Source of the DNA: Trichoplax adhaerens
Lineage: Eukaryota > Animalia > Placozoa
Reading direction: 5' to 3'
Assembly: GCF_000150275.1 (NCBI RefSeq)
Contig: NW_002060949.1
Span: 1,671,836-1,735,835, forward strand
Length of the DNA stretch: 64,000 bases
Shown here: in pieces, positions 26,185 through 39,249 of the stretch
How positions within the stretch are numbered: position 1 is the stretch's first letter
Layout of the letters: each line of letters starts with the position of its first letter
Notes under the pieces: generated by a model
The model's input: only the letters and a program-made list of their open reading frames with translations
Told to the model about the DNA's origin: nothing
The model's database searches: none
Translations under genes and position numbers: made by a program

Positions 26185-29100
26185 TTAATATTTATCATCA
26201 GCTAGAGGGCTTTCATTCAATGCTGACGTTGAATGAGAGTTTTGGAAATTGGTATGAGATGAGCTATTAGCCACCTGAGGCGATGGAATATTTAGATGAA
26301 AATTTGGCCTATGCAATGCACTTTCACTTATACTGCGATTAGTATCACCCAAGTTGCGTTGTCGACTTAATTTGTCTTTAATTAAAGCTACTTTATTTAC
26401 ATAAGCTGTGATAAGATGATTAATAGATGAAACTAAAGTAGAAACATGCTTATTTAAAACTTCTTGTAGACGCTTTTGTATCGCTTTCTAAAGAATTGAT
26501 AAAAATCGATTTAGAACAATCTCCACGATACGAAATTGATGATAGACTTGGAATTACTAATTGATTAAACTTTTACTAGTTTTTAACTGATTATCGGAAC
26601 TGGCCTATCATTTCAATAACTTGCCTTAATACTTTCGCTAAACCAAGAGAAAGTAGCATTATACAACCAGCTATATAATAAATGGGATTAATAGAAATAG
26701 TAATTAGAGATAAGTAAAGGATATGGCACCAGAAGTTTTCATTTATAGAAACCTTAGGAAAGTAAATTATGCAAGTAGATTTCAGGCCAGTAGAAACAGA
26801 AAAAATCACTAGTTATAACATACCTTGCACCCGTGCCGCTAGTTACAATTTCTTCATATGGTATAAAAAAAGGAAATTATTAATAGAAATGAAAATAGCA
26901 GAACAAGCTGATAGATTTAGACAACTAACATGGTCTAGAAACTCGATTATCGTCGTTACTCAATAATTACAATCACGTAATCTCTAATACCAATATCCGA
27001 CTTAAGAGATAGATAACTATTTATAACTAACTTAGAGTTTCAAATGTTGCAGCCACATTTTTAATATCGGCAAGATTGTTAGTAATGGCCAAAGAAATTG
27101 TCGCTTAAAAAAAGTGAAGGCAAACAACCATAGTAGATATAAGAAAAGACTGCGTAAATATAGTATGTTTATAAAATTACAAGGTTATCGAAAGGATATG
27201 AAGCCTCCAGCTACTGTTGCTGTAGCTAAACCAGAATCCTAAAGGAAAATTTTTAATTTACATAATCATTTAATTTTAATCCAAGAAACTATGAATTAAA
27301 ATACAAAAGTCACAGGCGCAAATAGTAATGAGGTCAGAATATAAATTATTTAGCGAAAGAAAAACATCAAGAGCGTCCTTTAAAATCATACAGAATTAAA
27401 ATTATATGGTAAGATACATTAATCCTATATAATCACAGGATAATCTAGTCTTTTATAGATATAACATGTAGTCTTTTAGAAATTAATCAATGAAATGTTT
27501 ATAATTAAGATCTCTTTATAAGAATTGACTATTGTACGAGATATTTATTAACGAAAAAGCTGTTTATATGCTCTAAACTGTTATTACCTACCCTTAATCT
27601 TGGGAATGTACTCTTACGATATTTCCACTCGAAATTATTTAGAGCCGCTTCTATATTATTTCTAGTAAAAGTATTTCAAGGGTATTATTTATTCATCTAT
27701 CTCCTCTCTTAATATTACTTATTTCCTTTCACTTACATATTTCTCAGTCGATATATTAGTATATACATAATAAAGTAAAATTGCTCATTTTATTGATAAC
27801 ATATACTAATCATATATATTCATTACATTATAATCAGAAAGATACTCTACGTAGCCATAGAATCGATAAATTAAACTTCAACAATGATATTTGTATCTTT
27901 TATGCTTTATATTTTTCTTCTTTACAGTGATTCATACTTACACATTAATAATTAATTCGTGGTCCCAAGATATATCCAAGCAATCAACAGGTAAGCGTAA
28001 TTCACTTAATACGATATTACTTAATTCGTAATCGACATCGCCTAATTTTGTACTTTTATTCCCTGTTAACGTCTAACAAATTTGAATTCAAAACTGAACA
28101 TGAACAAAGGAAATTTGATAAAGGTATGCTTATTATAAAGAAAATAAATTTCTAGCATGATTTTAGTCGACACAGATAATAAAATTTTCGCTAAAATTAC
28201 ACAACAAGATCTATAATAAGTAAAATAAGAATGATAGACATTCTTACCGGTAAACGTAATGATAATAACTGATCCTTAATCCAAGGTATAAATACCATTT
28301 TCACTTCTTCTAGAAAGTTTACATTTTTTTTCAGTGCTTCTATCTAATAAGATCCGAAATAATTATAATTCTATCATAAAAAGATTTTGTATTTTATCCA
28401 CAAATATTTTTTTACAATTTCTCGATTTAAAGTATTAAAAACTCTATTCATTAAAATTTATTACATACGGGAGTTTTAATATCTCAATTAGATCACTCCT
28501 AACAAGGAACTAGCATAACAACTGATAAAAGATACTTTTTACTATCTCCAATACTAACATTATTGTAACTGAATATTATGATACTTAAATGCCACATCAA
28601 GAACTTATAGAACCGTATCAGAAAGTTTCTTATGTGAGTAATCTAATGATGGCGTCAAAACGAACTCTGTTAAAGTATTTCTCCTTAATTTTTTAATTAA
28701 TGAAATTGACCATTAAAGGAGTAAATACTAAGAATTTATAGTTAAAATAATATTTTAGTTAGAATCTATCTTACTGGTGATTTTAATGGGGAATCTTTCA
28801 CAAAAGCAGTAACTGATGAATACGCCGCATCTTGCTAGTTGACAAAGCATTAAAAAGAAATTTTTACTTAAACTTATTCATCGATAAATGGAATTGATCC
28901 AGTCTGTATTGGCTAATAATTTTGCCCTCATAGGTGTGACTACAAACGTTCGTAGAATACGATCGTATAAATCGATGGTGAATAGTTTAATATCTTTCAA
29001 ATAAGTAATTTCATTTTTCTTTTATCTCTACACTACTTGATACTCATATTGAATAGATCGCTTGATAAAGATGTTTTTCCATCTAACCTTTTTAAGTAGA

Positions 29101-31790
29101 TTGGCACCTGCATCCGTATTACGTACTTTATCAATTAATTGTTCACCTAGCCTGACGACTTCATGAATATTGTTTTGTGAATCCTCTGTCAAAGAGAGTC
29201 GAGATTTTAATCTAAAAATTGTAACGCATGATAATAACATCTACAAGTATGATATATCAGATCCTGTAATCAATTTTTACCACGACTAAGAATGCTTTTT
29301 CCTTGTCTTAGGATCTCTGCTAGTTCTTCGCTATAAGGTAATAAGGTAAGATTAATCCATTAATTATTAAAGAAGATCTATCACTAATAGAAATGATTGG
29401 CATCTTTGTCATTTATACCTTTCCTTGATGCTACGAACAACTGTAACGCCATCTTGAAACACCTATTTTCGAATAAATAAGTAAATATCTGAAATCACTT
29501 CATATAGTATGTATATACACTCTGGCAGGAATAAATATATATATATATATATATATATAACTATCATTTCCGATAATAGTTACAGATCAGATTATTGATT
29601 TATTACTGCATAATAGTACAGATCGCGATATAATAACTTGTTAAATTTTGTGATAGTATCACAAGCTAGAAACAAAAATAAATATAGCATATAATCACAG
29701 AAAGGGATTAAATAATATTTCTCAAAAGTAACAATTAGAAAGTACTACTAAAATTTCGAATGGTTCAGAAATTACAAAACGTAAGATTCCCTTGTTTCTT
29801 AAAACAAATTCTTCATGTTTAATGTATCGAATACATGAATAAACGTACAATTAATTAAGGATTATCAGTAGAGGCTTAATAAAAAGGGCGATAATGTTGT
29901 GCGTGTATAGTATAATACCGAATAGACATACCATCTAAAAGTAATACGTAAAATTATCATCCAAATGAATAATAATTGGAGAATTAATATAATAATTAGT
30001 CTATCTATGTCTGTATTCGATGAAAATTATTAAATATTTAAGAAGGTAAGTAAACAATTTTATCACTAGAGTAATACGTAGTATTGATATTTATATTTTA
30101 ATTGACTTACTTGTTTATCAAAATATTTATCGATAATTCTTTCCACCTATTGAATAACAATATTAAATGAAGCAATAAATATTTGTTCAGAAGTTAACAT
30201 TGACAATGGATATCTAATTACAACTGTAATTGTGACAGAAAAGTAATGTTCACGATATTAACTAGTTTATTTCACTATTTAAAAAGTATCAAGGTTAAAT
30301 TTAGAAGTCGCAATGCTAGATGTTTTAATTACCTTTTCCTTTAACAATTTAAAGATATCACTAGCTTCTAACTGACGTAATAACTCCGTAATCTCTTCTA
30401 ATTCTTGATCATTTAATTCCTAAGATTGATAAGGATAAGCACACGAAAAATTGGAATATATATATATAAAATAGAGGCTTATTGACTTAATTTATAGGAT
30501 TTTAGCCAGAATCCATATTAATTGCTTCATTGAGAAAGTTTCAAAAAAAGAATATTGATACTTACGCTGACATCCTTAAACTGCTTCTGACATTTTTGGA
30601 ATAACTCCTGGATCATAGTTATTCAAATAGAAATTAATGTCACCAAGGAATTTAGAAATAATTTTGTTTTGATGAATATTTTTATAATTATCTTAAATTT
30701 GATTAATGATTTCATAGCTATCCACGTTTACTTCCTAATAAATAAAATAATATAAATTCTAATAATAAAAAGATGAATCTTTAACCCGAACAGTTTGATC
30801 TTCTTCGATCTCTTTTATTAGAGACACAACTTGATGTACATCACGATCAGATCTAAACGCTTGAGCAAATCGCCGGCTACTGGCCAAGAGTTGATTATCT
30901 AGGGAATTATTTTTAATGAAATAAATATTTTAAACCTGGCAGCTATAATTTTATCTTGACAAGAATCTTCAATACTTCGAGTTTTACTACATAATAGCAC
31001 TAGCAATGTTATCCAGCTTTTTTCTTCTATATGAATGCTAAACTTAGAACTTAAATATGCGCATAAAGTAAAATCTAGCGCTAATAAAGTCACATCAACA
31101 TGCAAAATTACATGTCTTTAATCCAGTGCTTTCTTGTTTATTCATTCTAAAAGTACAGAACTAGCGCCAGTACTCGCACAATCCAATCAGTCTGTAAATT
31201 TACGCGCATTTAATCCTAGCAATTTCCGATTATTGATCCCAAAAGTGCCAAACTTCGCGATATAGTAGCACTCATGATATTATAGCTGTATACTAACGTA
31301 TAAAATGAACGTATGAAATTTAACTGCAGCATTTTCGGATAAGAAATTTCAGAGTTGTACTAGTAGTTATCAAATTAACTGAGAATTTCTGTGGCTTCAA
31401 GTTTGTCATACTGTACAAATTAAGGTAATTTATAATACCTTTATCTTCAATAGCAAGTTTTAAAGCGCTTTCACTAGCTTCACGACTTTCCTGTAGTGTC
31501 GACATAACTGTTTCATTGCTTATAGACAATACAGGAAGGAAAAAAGAAGAGATATTTATTTAAATCAAAGGGTAGCAACTAGAAATACGGTGCATAGTAT
31601 TCACAATTAGTTGCTATAACCAATCTAACCTTGTTATGGATGTTAGCCATTTTTCAATTAAATTTTTACCATTTAAAACAGTTAAAACACGATTCCAATG
31701 CTCTTTAATGTTAGACTTGGTCAATTTCCAGCGTCTAGCGTTAACATCCTCCATAATCTGGTCATCAGTCGTTATTCCTTCATCGGAATC
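26185..31790 (-). CDS. Helical N-terminal region plus C-terminal BPI/TULIP-like domain (HAM1/DUF4449-like), ~18 small exons; first exon uncertain (possibly 32394-32350)
   Basis: Manual splicing gives a continuous frame: DSDEGITTDDQ...EEVKMVFIPWIKDQLLSLRLP|TLTGNKSTKLGDVDYELSNIVLSELRLP...IEAALNNFEWKYRKSTFPRLR|DSGLATATVAGGF|ATISLAI...GTGA|SWLYNATFSWFSESIK|KAIQKRLQEVLNKHV...LADDKY*. Confidence 0.75.
27105..27199 (-). other. Putative U12-type (minor spliceosome) intron with AT-AA termini, 95 nt
   Basis: The 5' end ATATCCTTT is a perfect U12 donor. A branch-like TGCCTTCAC lies 10 nt before ...TTTAA|GCG. Only this acceptor keeps the frame for that donor. Confidence 0.65.
29537..29559. repeat. (TA)n microsatellite (intronic)
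   Basis: Run of ~11-12 TA units. Confidence 0.9.
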
Positions 31791-31915
31791 CTAACATATC
31801 CAACAAACATTGGAGACGATGAACCAAATCAATTTATATCAGGTGATATAGTAGAATAAAAATGATACACTTTCGTATTTAGCGACTATCAATGATAATT
31901 ATTTCGATTCGAAAA

Positions 31916-32258
31916 AGATCAGTCAATGCGAATATTCTTTACTGCAATTTGCTAGAAGATGAATTTCTGTTCTTACTGGGACTACTAACTGATAGTTTGA
32001 TTCTATTTCATCTCTCAAAGGATATATTAAAATTTCCTGCCACCTTACTGCATCAGCAACAAAACTATACTCTTTAAAGCTACTTTCGATCCGTAAAGAA
32101 CGATCAGTCAATGCGCATATACTTTACTGCAAATTAGTCAGTAGATAGATTACACTGTCTTTACCAGGTCTAGTAACTGATGGTTTGATCCTACTTTATA
32201 TCTCAAAGGATATATCCAAATTTCCTGCCACTCTATTACGACAGCAACAAACTTTACA
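31916..32258. repeat. Diverged direct duplication, ~185-bp period x2
   Basis: gatcagtcaatgcg...ctcaaaggatatat...tttcctgccac...cagcaacaaa occurs twice. Confidence 0.85.
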
Positions 32259-32914
32259 GGTACTAGGACGCGTAAGCATCCTAAGGTCCATTCTCTTAAT
32301 AAGTATCTAGTTCATTTTAAAATCTAAGTTCTATATGATTTGACATTACCAAAATAGTGAATAAAATCACAAAATTTGTTGATCCTAATTGCATCTTGAG
32401 CCAAATGGATATTTCGGTATAGAATAAGATTAATTCAATATAGACTTTGTATATGATGTTGCCTCTTGCAATAAATTAATTGATCGATACAGATAATAAG
32501 GATGAAAATGAAAGAGTCAAGTTGAAACCCTAAAGTATACGTATGCATATAGGTTGGAAAAAGTTAAATTGCGACTAAGGTATGATGAAACTGGAATCTC
32601 CTTCTTATAGAAAATGGGTCTCTAAATTTCATCTCTTTACAGTCGGGGAGATTTTGCATTAGTACAGTAGTTTCATTATCACTGCTAAATCATAAAAATT
32701 GCCATGAATCAGCACTAATTTTCCATAAATATTGAATTGCTTTTGACAAAGAATACCAATACTAGCCGCACTGTGCACAGAATAGACCACTCTAAATAGG
32801 AAAGAGTTGCCAATCAAGAGAATTTATCATTATATCTGATTAAATTAGACGCGCATTAGGAATAATCATTACATCAAGAACTGAACTTCTCCGAGGTAAG
32901 GTTTTACCGTAGTC

Positions 32915-33150
32915 CATTTCAATTTTAGAATGAGATCTTGGGTCAAAAATTCCAATGGAGTATAATTTAAGAGTATATTGATAGCTGTAATGCTTCAATT
33001 TCAATTTTAGAATGAGATCCAGGATAAAAAATTTTAATATGATCCTGAATAAAAATTCTAATGGAGTATAAGTTAAGAGTATATTGACAGGCGCAATACC
33101 TCAATTCAATTTTAGAATGAGGGTCTGAATGCAAATTCTAATAAAGTATA
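32915..33150. repeat. Diverged tandem repeats containing caattttagaatgag (x3)
   Basis: Copies at ~32920, ~33002 and ~33107, with shared aaaattc(c/t)aatggagtataa. Confidence 0.8.
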
Positions 33151-34436
33151 TAGGTATGTGTAATGCCTAACTTTTCATCGTCTTCTAGGATAAAAATCAT
33201 GAAGAGCAGGTAATGAACGTAGTTTGGCCTGGGTAATTAAGTGAGCAACCGATTTCGACTGGAAAATCCTATTCCAATTTTTATAGTATTTCTGGCTTGG
33301 ATCTCTAATGAAAGTACTACAGTACTTTAGTGCACACGAGAAGAAGATTTTCCATCATCTTTAGGATAAATATCAACCAAAATGATGATAGAAGAAATTG
33401 AACTACGACAATGAAAGTGAACACGTAATTTAAATGAATGAAAAATCTCATCTAATGGCTTGGAATCGTTACCGCCATATTTAATTTAAGACTCGTTTTC
33501 CGTTACTACAATGATCTTATCATAAGAATAGACGAGAGCTTCTCGTAACAAATTCTCGATTAAAATTTCCTTGAATTAGATAGAGAAAATAAGGATAATC
33601 TTATAGCAGAGAAATTGATACCTCAACCAGCAGGCTTAAAACCGAGTTAAATCTTCAGTTTTATGGCGCAATCGAGGACTCTGATAGATGCAATAATCTA
33701 TCCATGTAGAATAAGAATTTTATTCCTTCCATATTGGATAACAAGTTTAAATTCGTTAGCTTAAATTCTGTAAATTTGTAGCAGCTTGAATTTGAAAATT
33801 AATCAGCAGCAATTTACTAGAAAGGAGATATTACATTCGCTAAGTGGATTTTTTACCCATTTTAATCCAAATGTATAATGTCTAGCTTATAGCAATATGG
33901 TAATTCTAATCTCCTTAGCACTGATTGAACTTGTCCATTTATCCTATTAGTTTACTCGGTTGGACTCGCTACATTGGAGGAAAAATGAATTTTCCCACGG
34001 TCTCTAGCTTAAATATGGAAGAGATGTACAATTATAGGGCTAAATTGAATGGATAAATCTCCCTAACAAAGTATATTAATTATACTCTACCATGCTATAT
34101 CGTTTTCTTCAAGCAGCTACTGTACTTTTAACGAACTTGAGATTATTATCGATCGGATATCCAAGTTTTAACTACAGCTGGTTGAAAGAAAACGTATATT
34201 CTATCTCTTTACTACACTCATGGCCATCAAGTATTAATAATGACCATGACATACTGTTCCTTTAGGCTATTGATCTTAGCTCAGGGTTAATTCGTCTAAA
34301 TCATAAGTTGGCATACTAATACAAAGTCTTTAACGTTTTCTCTTCATTTGAACTTCTCCTAGTCGCCATTAACACCAAGTTTCATGAATACAAGGTAACG
34401 CTCTCTGATAGTTAGCCTGGCTTCATTAGAACTATT

Positions 34437-34845
34437 ATAATCATGGTTAAAAAAGCCAAGAAATTGAGATTGACTTCAAGCCTGACTATGATCAGGAAAT
34501 TTTTTGCGCGTAACTAGATTTTCTAGCTAGCGGTAGCAGTCAGTATTTGTACATAGCTTACCATTGCTACTTCTCTACTCCTTTAAAAGTCTTGATTCTG
34601 TAGCAGATACAAAGGTGGTGAAAATTGGGGCACTAAGAATAATAATCATGGCTTTAAAAGGCAAAGAAACGTAGATTGACTTCAAGCATGGCAACGATCA
34701 GAAAATTTTCTGTGTGTAACAAGATTTTCTAGTTTGCTGTAGCAGTCAGAATTTATCTATAGGATACCGTACCGTAGCTACTTCATCTCTACTTTAAGAG
34801 TCTTAATTCTGTTTTAGATGTAACTAAAAAGGGTGGCAAAAATTA
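34437..34845. repeat. Diverged direct duplication, ~205-bp period x2
   Basis: ataatcatgg...gattgacttcaagc...gatcag...agattttctag...gtagcagtcag is repeated. Confidence 0.85.
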
Positions 34846-37123
34846 AGACTCATTTTAAGAGCAGACGGACTGAAAATAGTCCCTCTATTTTTGGCTATAA
34901 TACTGATAGTGAGACAATCAAGATCACTCAATGAATAACTTTGAGATTCAAAAAGAGCCAAGCTATCAAAATATGAATTGGCAATATCATTACTTTTGTA
35001 TTGGCTATCCAGCGTATATATTTAAAAGAGAAGCAATGAATTCATCAATATCTTTCAATACATTAGAAAGAAAGATAACTCGATAACGGATATAGGGTAG
35101 ATTTAAAATAATTAATTTTGGATTTATTTATAGTATCGAATAGTGAGGAAGAAGAAATGGCTAATTTTACGGATATGGAGAAGTTTAAGGAAAGCACAAG
35201 TAGATCTATCAAAACTATTGCATTCCCTGCCGATATAGAGTGACTGAATCATCATTACAATAGCTCAAAGATCAGGAAGCTTGAAAAGTGAGAGAATCAA
35301 TTGGTATCAATTTATGGCTACTGGTATATCAAGCAACAGCAAGATTATATGATTGATTTCCGTCATTTATACTCGTATTGAGTTGATTACTCTTTTCCTT
35401 ACTTTACAACGATCTTCATCTACATTCTTGATAGCAAAAGAGACTATGGCATCAGTTGTATCGGCTGCCATCTTGGATAGAATCGGAAACGAGTAATTAG
35501 ACCGGGTAATTCTACGAAAATCTCATCCAGTTCTTTACTCTTTAATTTTACCGTGATTGAACCCGAAGGGAAATTATATCAGGTATTTCTGACTTGCGCG
35601 TATGTTGATGATGATTACAGTATGTTATCTTCTTGAAGAACAATCAAGACTAGACATTATTCTAACCCCATCGATCCTATTTAATTATAATTAAACACAT
35701 AGAGGTGGATATTAAATTGCAATTAAAGCAATCTTGAAATGAATGATTGTTAACATCAGTGATTAATTTACATACTGTGCGTAGGACCGGCCCATATGAC
35801 AAATTCAATACTCCATATTTCCATTCAATAGAAATGTGTTATTTTGCCATCATCGACAATGAAAACATTTACTAGTTAAACAGTGGTCAATCTCGATCAT
35901 ATCGATCTGTTTTACTTCATTTATACAACAAATTAATCTATTATGTCTTGTTGACTACCTCAGCTCGAGCACACAATATCACATTGATCTGTTATAGTTT
36001 ATTCATACAACAAATTGGATCAATTTGCTCTTTCTTCTGACTATATCGGCTCGAGTGCTTTTTTTTACCTTTGATAGTTAGTATTATCCTACTCTTGTAC
36101 GTAATTGAATAAACATTTGAAAATACCATATCTCCACATTTAACTGGCCGCTGCAATGTTAATTATTGATGTTGTTAACGAAAATCTAATGGCATACTGA
36201 TCACAACGTGTAGAGGATTTAAAATACAATCTCTCTGCATTTATACGGCCATTGCAATCTTATTGATATCGTTTACGGAAGTCTAATTGCGTTCTAATCA
36301 TACTAAGCTGTGAAGAGCAAGTTCAAATACAATCTTTCTACATTTGAGGTGAATATTTCAGATACTGTATGACAAGTGAAATTATTCAGAAAAGTCTAAT
36401 CCCCAAAATCTATAATTTACCTATTATCCACTTTCTTACATATTTAGAATAAGACTCTAACAGAATATACGGTATTCCATCCATTGGGTTGCATTGTCGA
36501 TGTTATCGATTTGCTCCGTTGTAGATAGCAAATACAAAATTAATTTTTCCTGAGGAAAATTTTTATCATTTCATTTATGGTTAGTATGACAGAAATAAAA
36601 TTAAAATGCTGGCTTACCAAAAAGCATGCGATGGCAATATTTTGGCCATTTTAGAACCTATTAGTAGGCTATTAGAGCCTTTCCAGAATGCCTTGTAACT
36701 TTTTAATGATAATAGAAACAAACAAGTAAAACTAAAACCTCTACAATACTCCATAAAGTATTTTTGCACATCAGACAGACTTTAGTATAGTGATCTACCT
36801 ATCAATAACTAAGTTATCAACTACGATATTTAAGATAGAGACGTTGACCAAACGAGACGCTTTCTAAAATTGGTCTAGTCTATCTTACGATTTATATTGT
36901 ATCTTAACTGTAGTCAGAAAATTAGAGAAGCTATAAAGCTATAAATACGTTGTAGAATTATACAAACGAGAAATAACTTCGATTTAGCTCTTAAAAATAT
37001 ACAATATTTATACCCGTCTTTGCAAGTGGATTATTTCGAGACATGGTCACTACCCCTAGATAGAATTTGGAAAACCCAATCATCATCACATCTATAAACC
37101 TGTTCAAAGGTTCTATACTAGCT

Positions 37124-37810
37124 AAAAATTCTATATTTGGCAAGAGGTATTCTCAGATTATTTTCGAACTAACTAACTTGTCTGAAAGATACTCCATATT
37201 TCAGCCGAAATTAGATAGAGAATAAGTCTTATATAAGAACATGGAAATTATAATCATAACTAAAAAATCTACATTTAGGAAAAGATATTCTTAGATTTGT
37301 TTCGGACAAGCTAGCTTGTCCAAGAGATGCTATATACTTTAGCCGAAATCAGATAGAGAATAAATCTTAAGTAATGACATTGAAAAATATGATCATAACT
37401 AAAAATTCTATGCTTAGGAAAAAGCATTTTTAGATTATTTTCGGATAAGCTAACTTGTCCGAAAGATCTTGTATGTTTCAGCTGAAATCAGATAGAGAAC
37501 AAGTCTTAAATAGAACATGAAAATTACAATCATTACTAAAATTCTATGTTTAGGGAAAGATATTCTCGGATTACTTTCGGACAAGCTAACATGTCCGAAA
37601 GTATTATACATTTCAGCCGAAATCAGATAGAGAATTCGTCTTAAGTAATGGCATGAAAATAATAGTCATAACTTAAAATTCTATATTTAGGGAGAGATAT
37701 TTCTCAGACTATTTTCGGATAAGTTAATTTATCCGACAGGGCTACATAATTCAGCCGAAATGAATTAAAGAATAAGTCTTGAATAATGACATGAAAATTA
37801 CAATCATAAA
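37124..37810. repeat. Diverged tandem array, ~138-bp unit x5
   Basis: Units start aaaattcta...tagg at ~37124, 37262, 37401, 37538 and 37675, each with ttttcgga.aagcta and cagccgaaatcagatagagaa. Confidence 0.9.
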
Positions 37811-38109
37811 GGATTAAAAAATGTATTAATTACTATTGGATAGCTAGATTATCCTCATCAATACAAGACGTCTCCGCCTTCATTAATTCAATTCTTGAAT
37901 ATCATTAGCGCATATCTATAATTTACATTATAAGTAGGTATTAGTCATGATTTCCTATTTTGTAGATTTATAATGAAATAGTAATGTAAATGTTAAGACT
38001 ATAAATTGATTTTGCTATCAATCAAAACGAAAGCGCCTTAAATCTTTAATTTTTCGACGCCATGAAAGCTAACCATAACGGCATACTGTAGTGTATTTAG
38101 TTTTCACTG

Positions 38110-38567
38110 CAGTTTTTTAGACATGTTCTTGAATATAGACATTTTACTATGTTCCGAATATAGATACCTCTACAGTCTATTTCAACTATGCTCAAATATA
38201 GCTTGTCATATTAAGTTATTTATAGCACCTATAGTTTCCGCTATTTCCTACAATCATTTGCTATTATATAGCCTGTTTATGGTATATGATGTATCTAATT
38301 CTATAACCCTGTTCTCTACATAGGTTCTCTTTCTAAAACTATAAATACTGATGATTTCTGCCTTAGATTCTTTCAGTTGCACTTGTTAGTGTTAGTATCT
38401 ACACACGTTACTTTACGACAGCTTACACACTGATCTATCAGTAACTACCACACTATATCTAGTTATTCTCTACAATAAATATCTCTCTTTCTAATAACTC
38501 CTCGTGTTATTATTGTGAAATGCCTGAGGAGTCCACGTCCGCAGACTCTTCGAACTCTCATCACAAT
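38110..38567. repeat. Dispersed repeat, copy 1 (~450 bp; possible non-autonomous element relic)
   Basis: Colinear with 53905-54350 (shared tacaatcatttgctatta, gttgcacttgt.agtgttagtatctacac, tattctctacaataaatat). Confidence 0.8.
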
Positions 38568-38680
38568 TGGCGATAAGGATGACGAGATTGTGATGGAGGG
38601 TTCGAAGGGTCAGCGGCCATGGACTCCTTAGGCATTTCACAATAATGATACGAGAGGTTATTTGAAAGGGAGATATTTAT
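38475..38680 (+). repeat. Long inverted repeat (foldback), ~93-bp arms, 19-nt loop
   Basis: 38475-38567 is the near reverse complement of 38587-38680. Confidence 0.92.
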
Positions 38681-39249
38681 CATCATCGACGATATAATAC
38701 GGCAACGATTTAATAAATTGAATGATATAAATTTATTCAATTGAAGCCCCCAATAAAATCTATATTAAAATTTGGAACAAAGCTTACAATATGGCACAGA
38801 CAAGACCCATATGTCTGATAAATAGATGATATTCTCATGTTGATGAGAACCATCGTGTGGCACTTTATATAACCAATGGCTACGTGTATTTATCGTAAAA
38901 AACGGTTCTCAATAATCTTCTCTGTAGCATTTGCTATATTGTTGAATCTGTAGTATATTTTACTTTGATAGCCATCTAAAGTTATCAATTTTAAGATAGT
39001 CTAGTCATTTAAGATTGTAGGGAGTCTAAAATCTAGCTGAAAATCGTAGTGATAATTATTGAGCCTTTTAAAACAAGGTTTTTAAAGAATTGAAAATCTC
39101 GTCGAGCCCATTTACTTATTACGTAAGTATCGCAATATTGAACGCGATATTGCCTTTGCAGCTATGACTAAACCTAGACTGGCGATTAAAGAAAGATTTT
39201 GGATTAATTCAGTACGTATGAAATCGTAAACAATACCATCACTGTAACT

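Noticed and set aside
26591-26966. Hydrophobic 72-aa and 65-aa ORFs suggesting a membrane protein
   Set aside because: Mostly intronic or off-frame relative to the spliced TULIP-like gene.
37124-37810. Regular repeat array as a possible CRISPR
   Set aside because: Eukaryotic context, long diverged units without unique spacers, and no cas genes.
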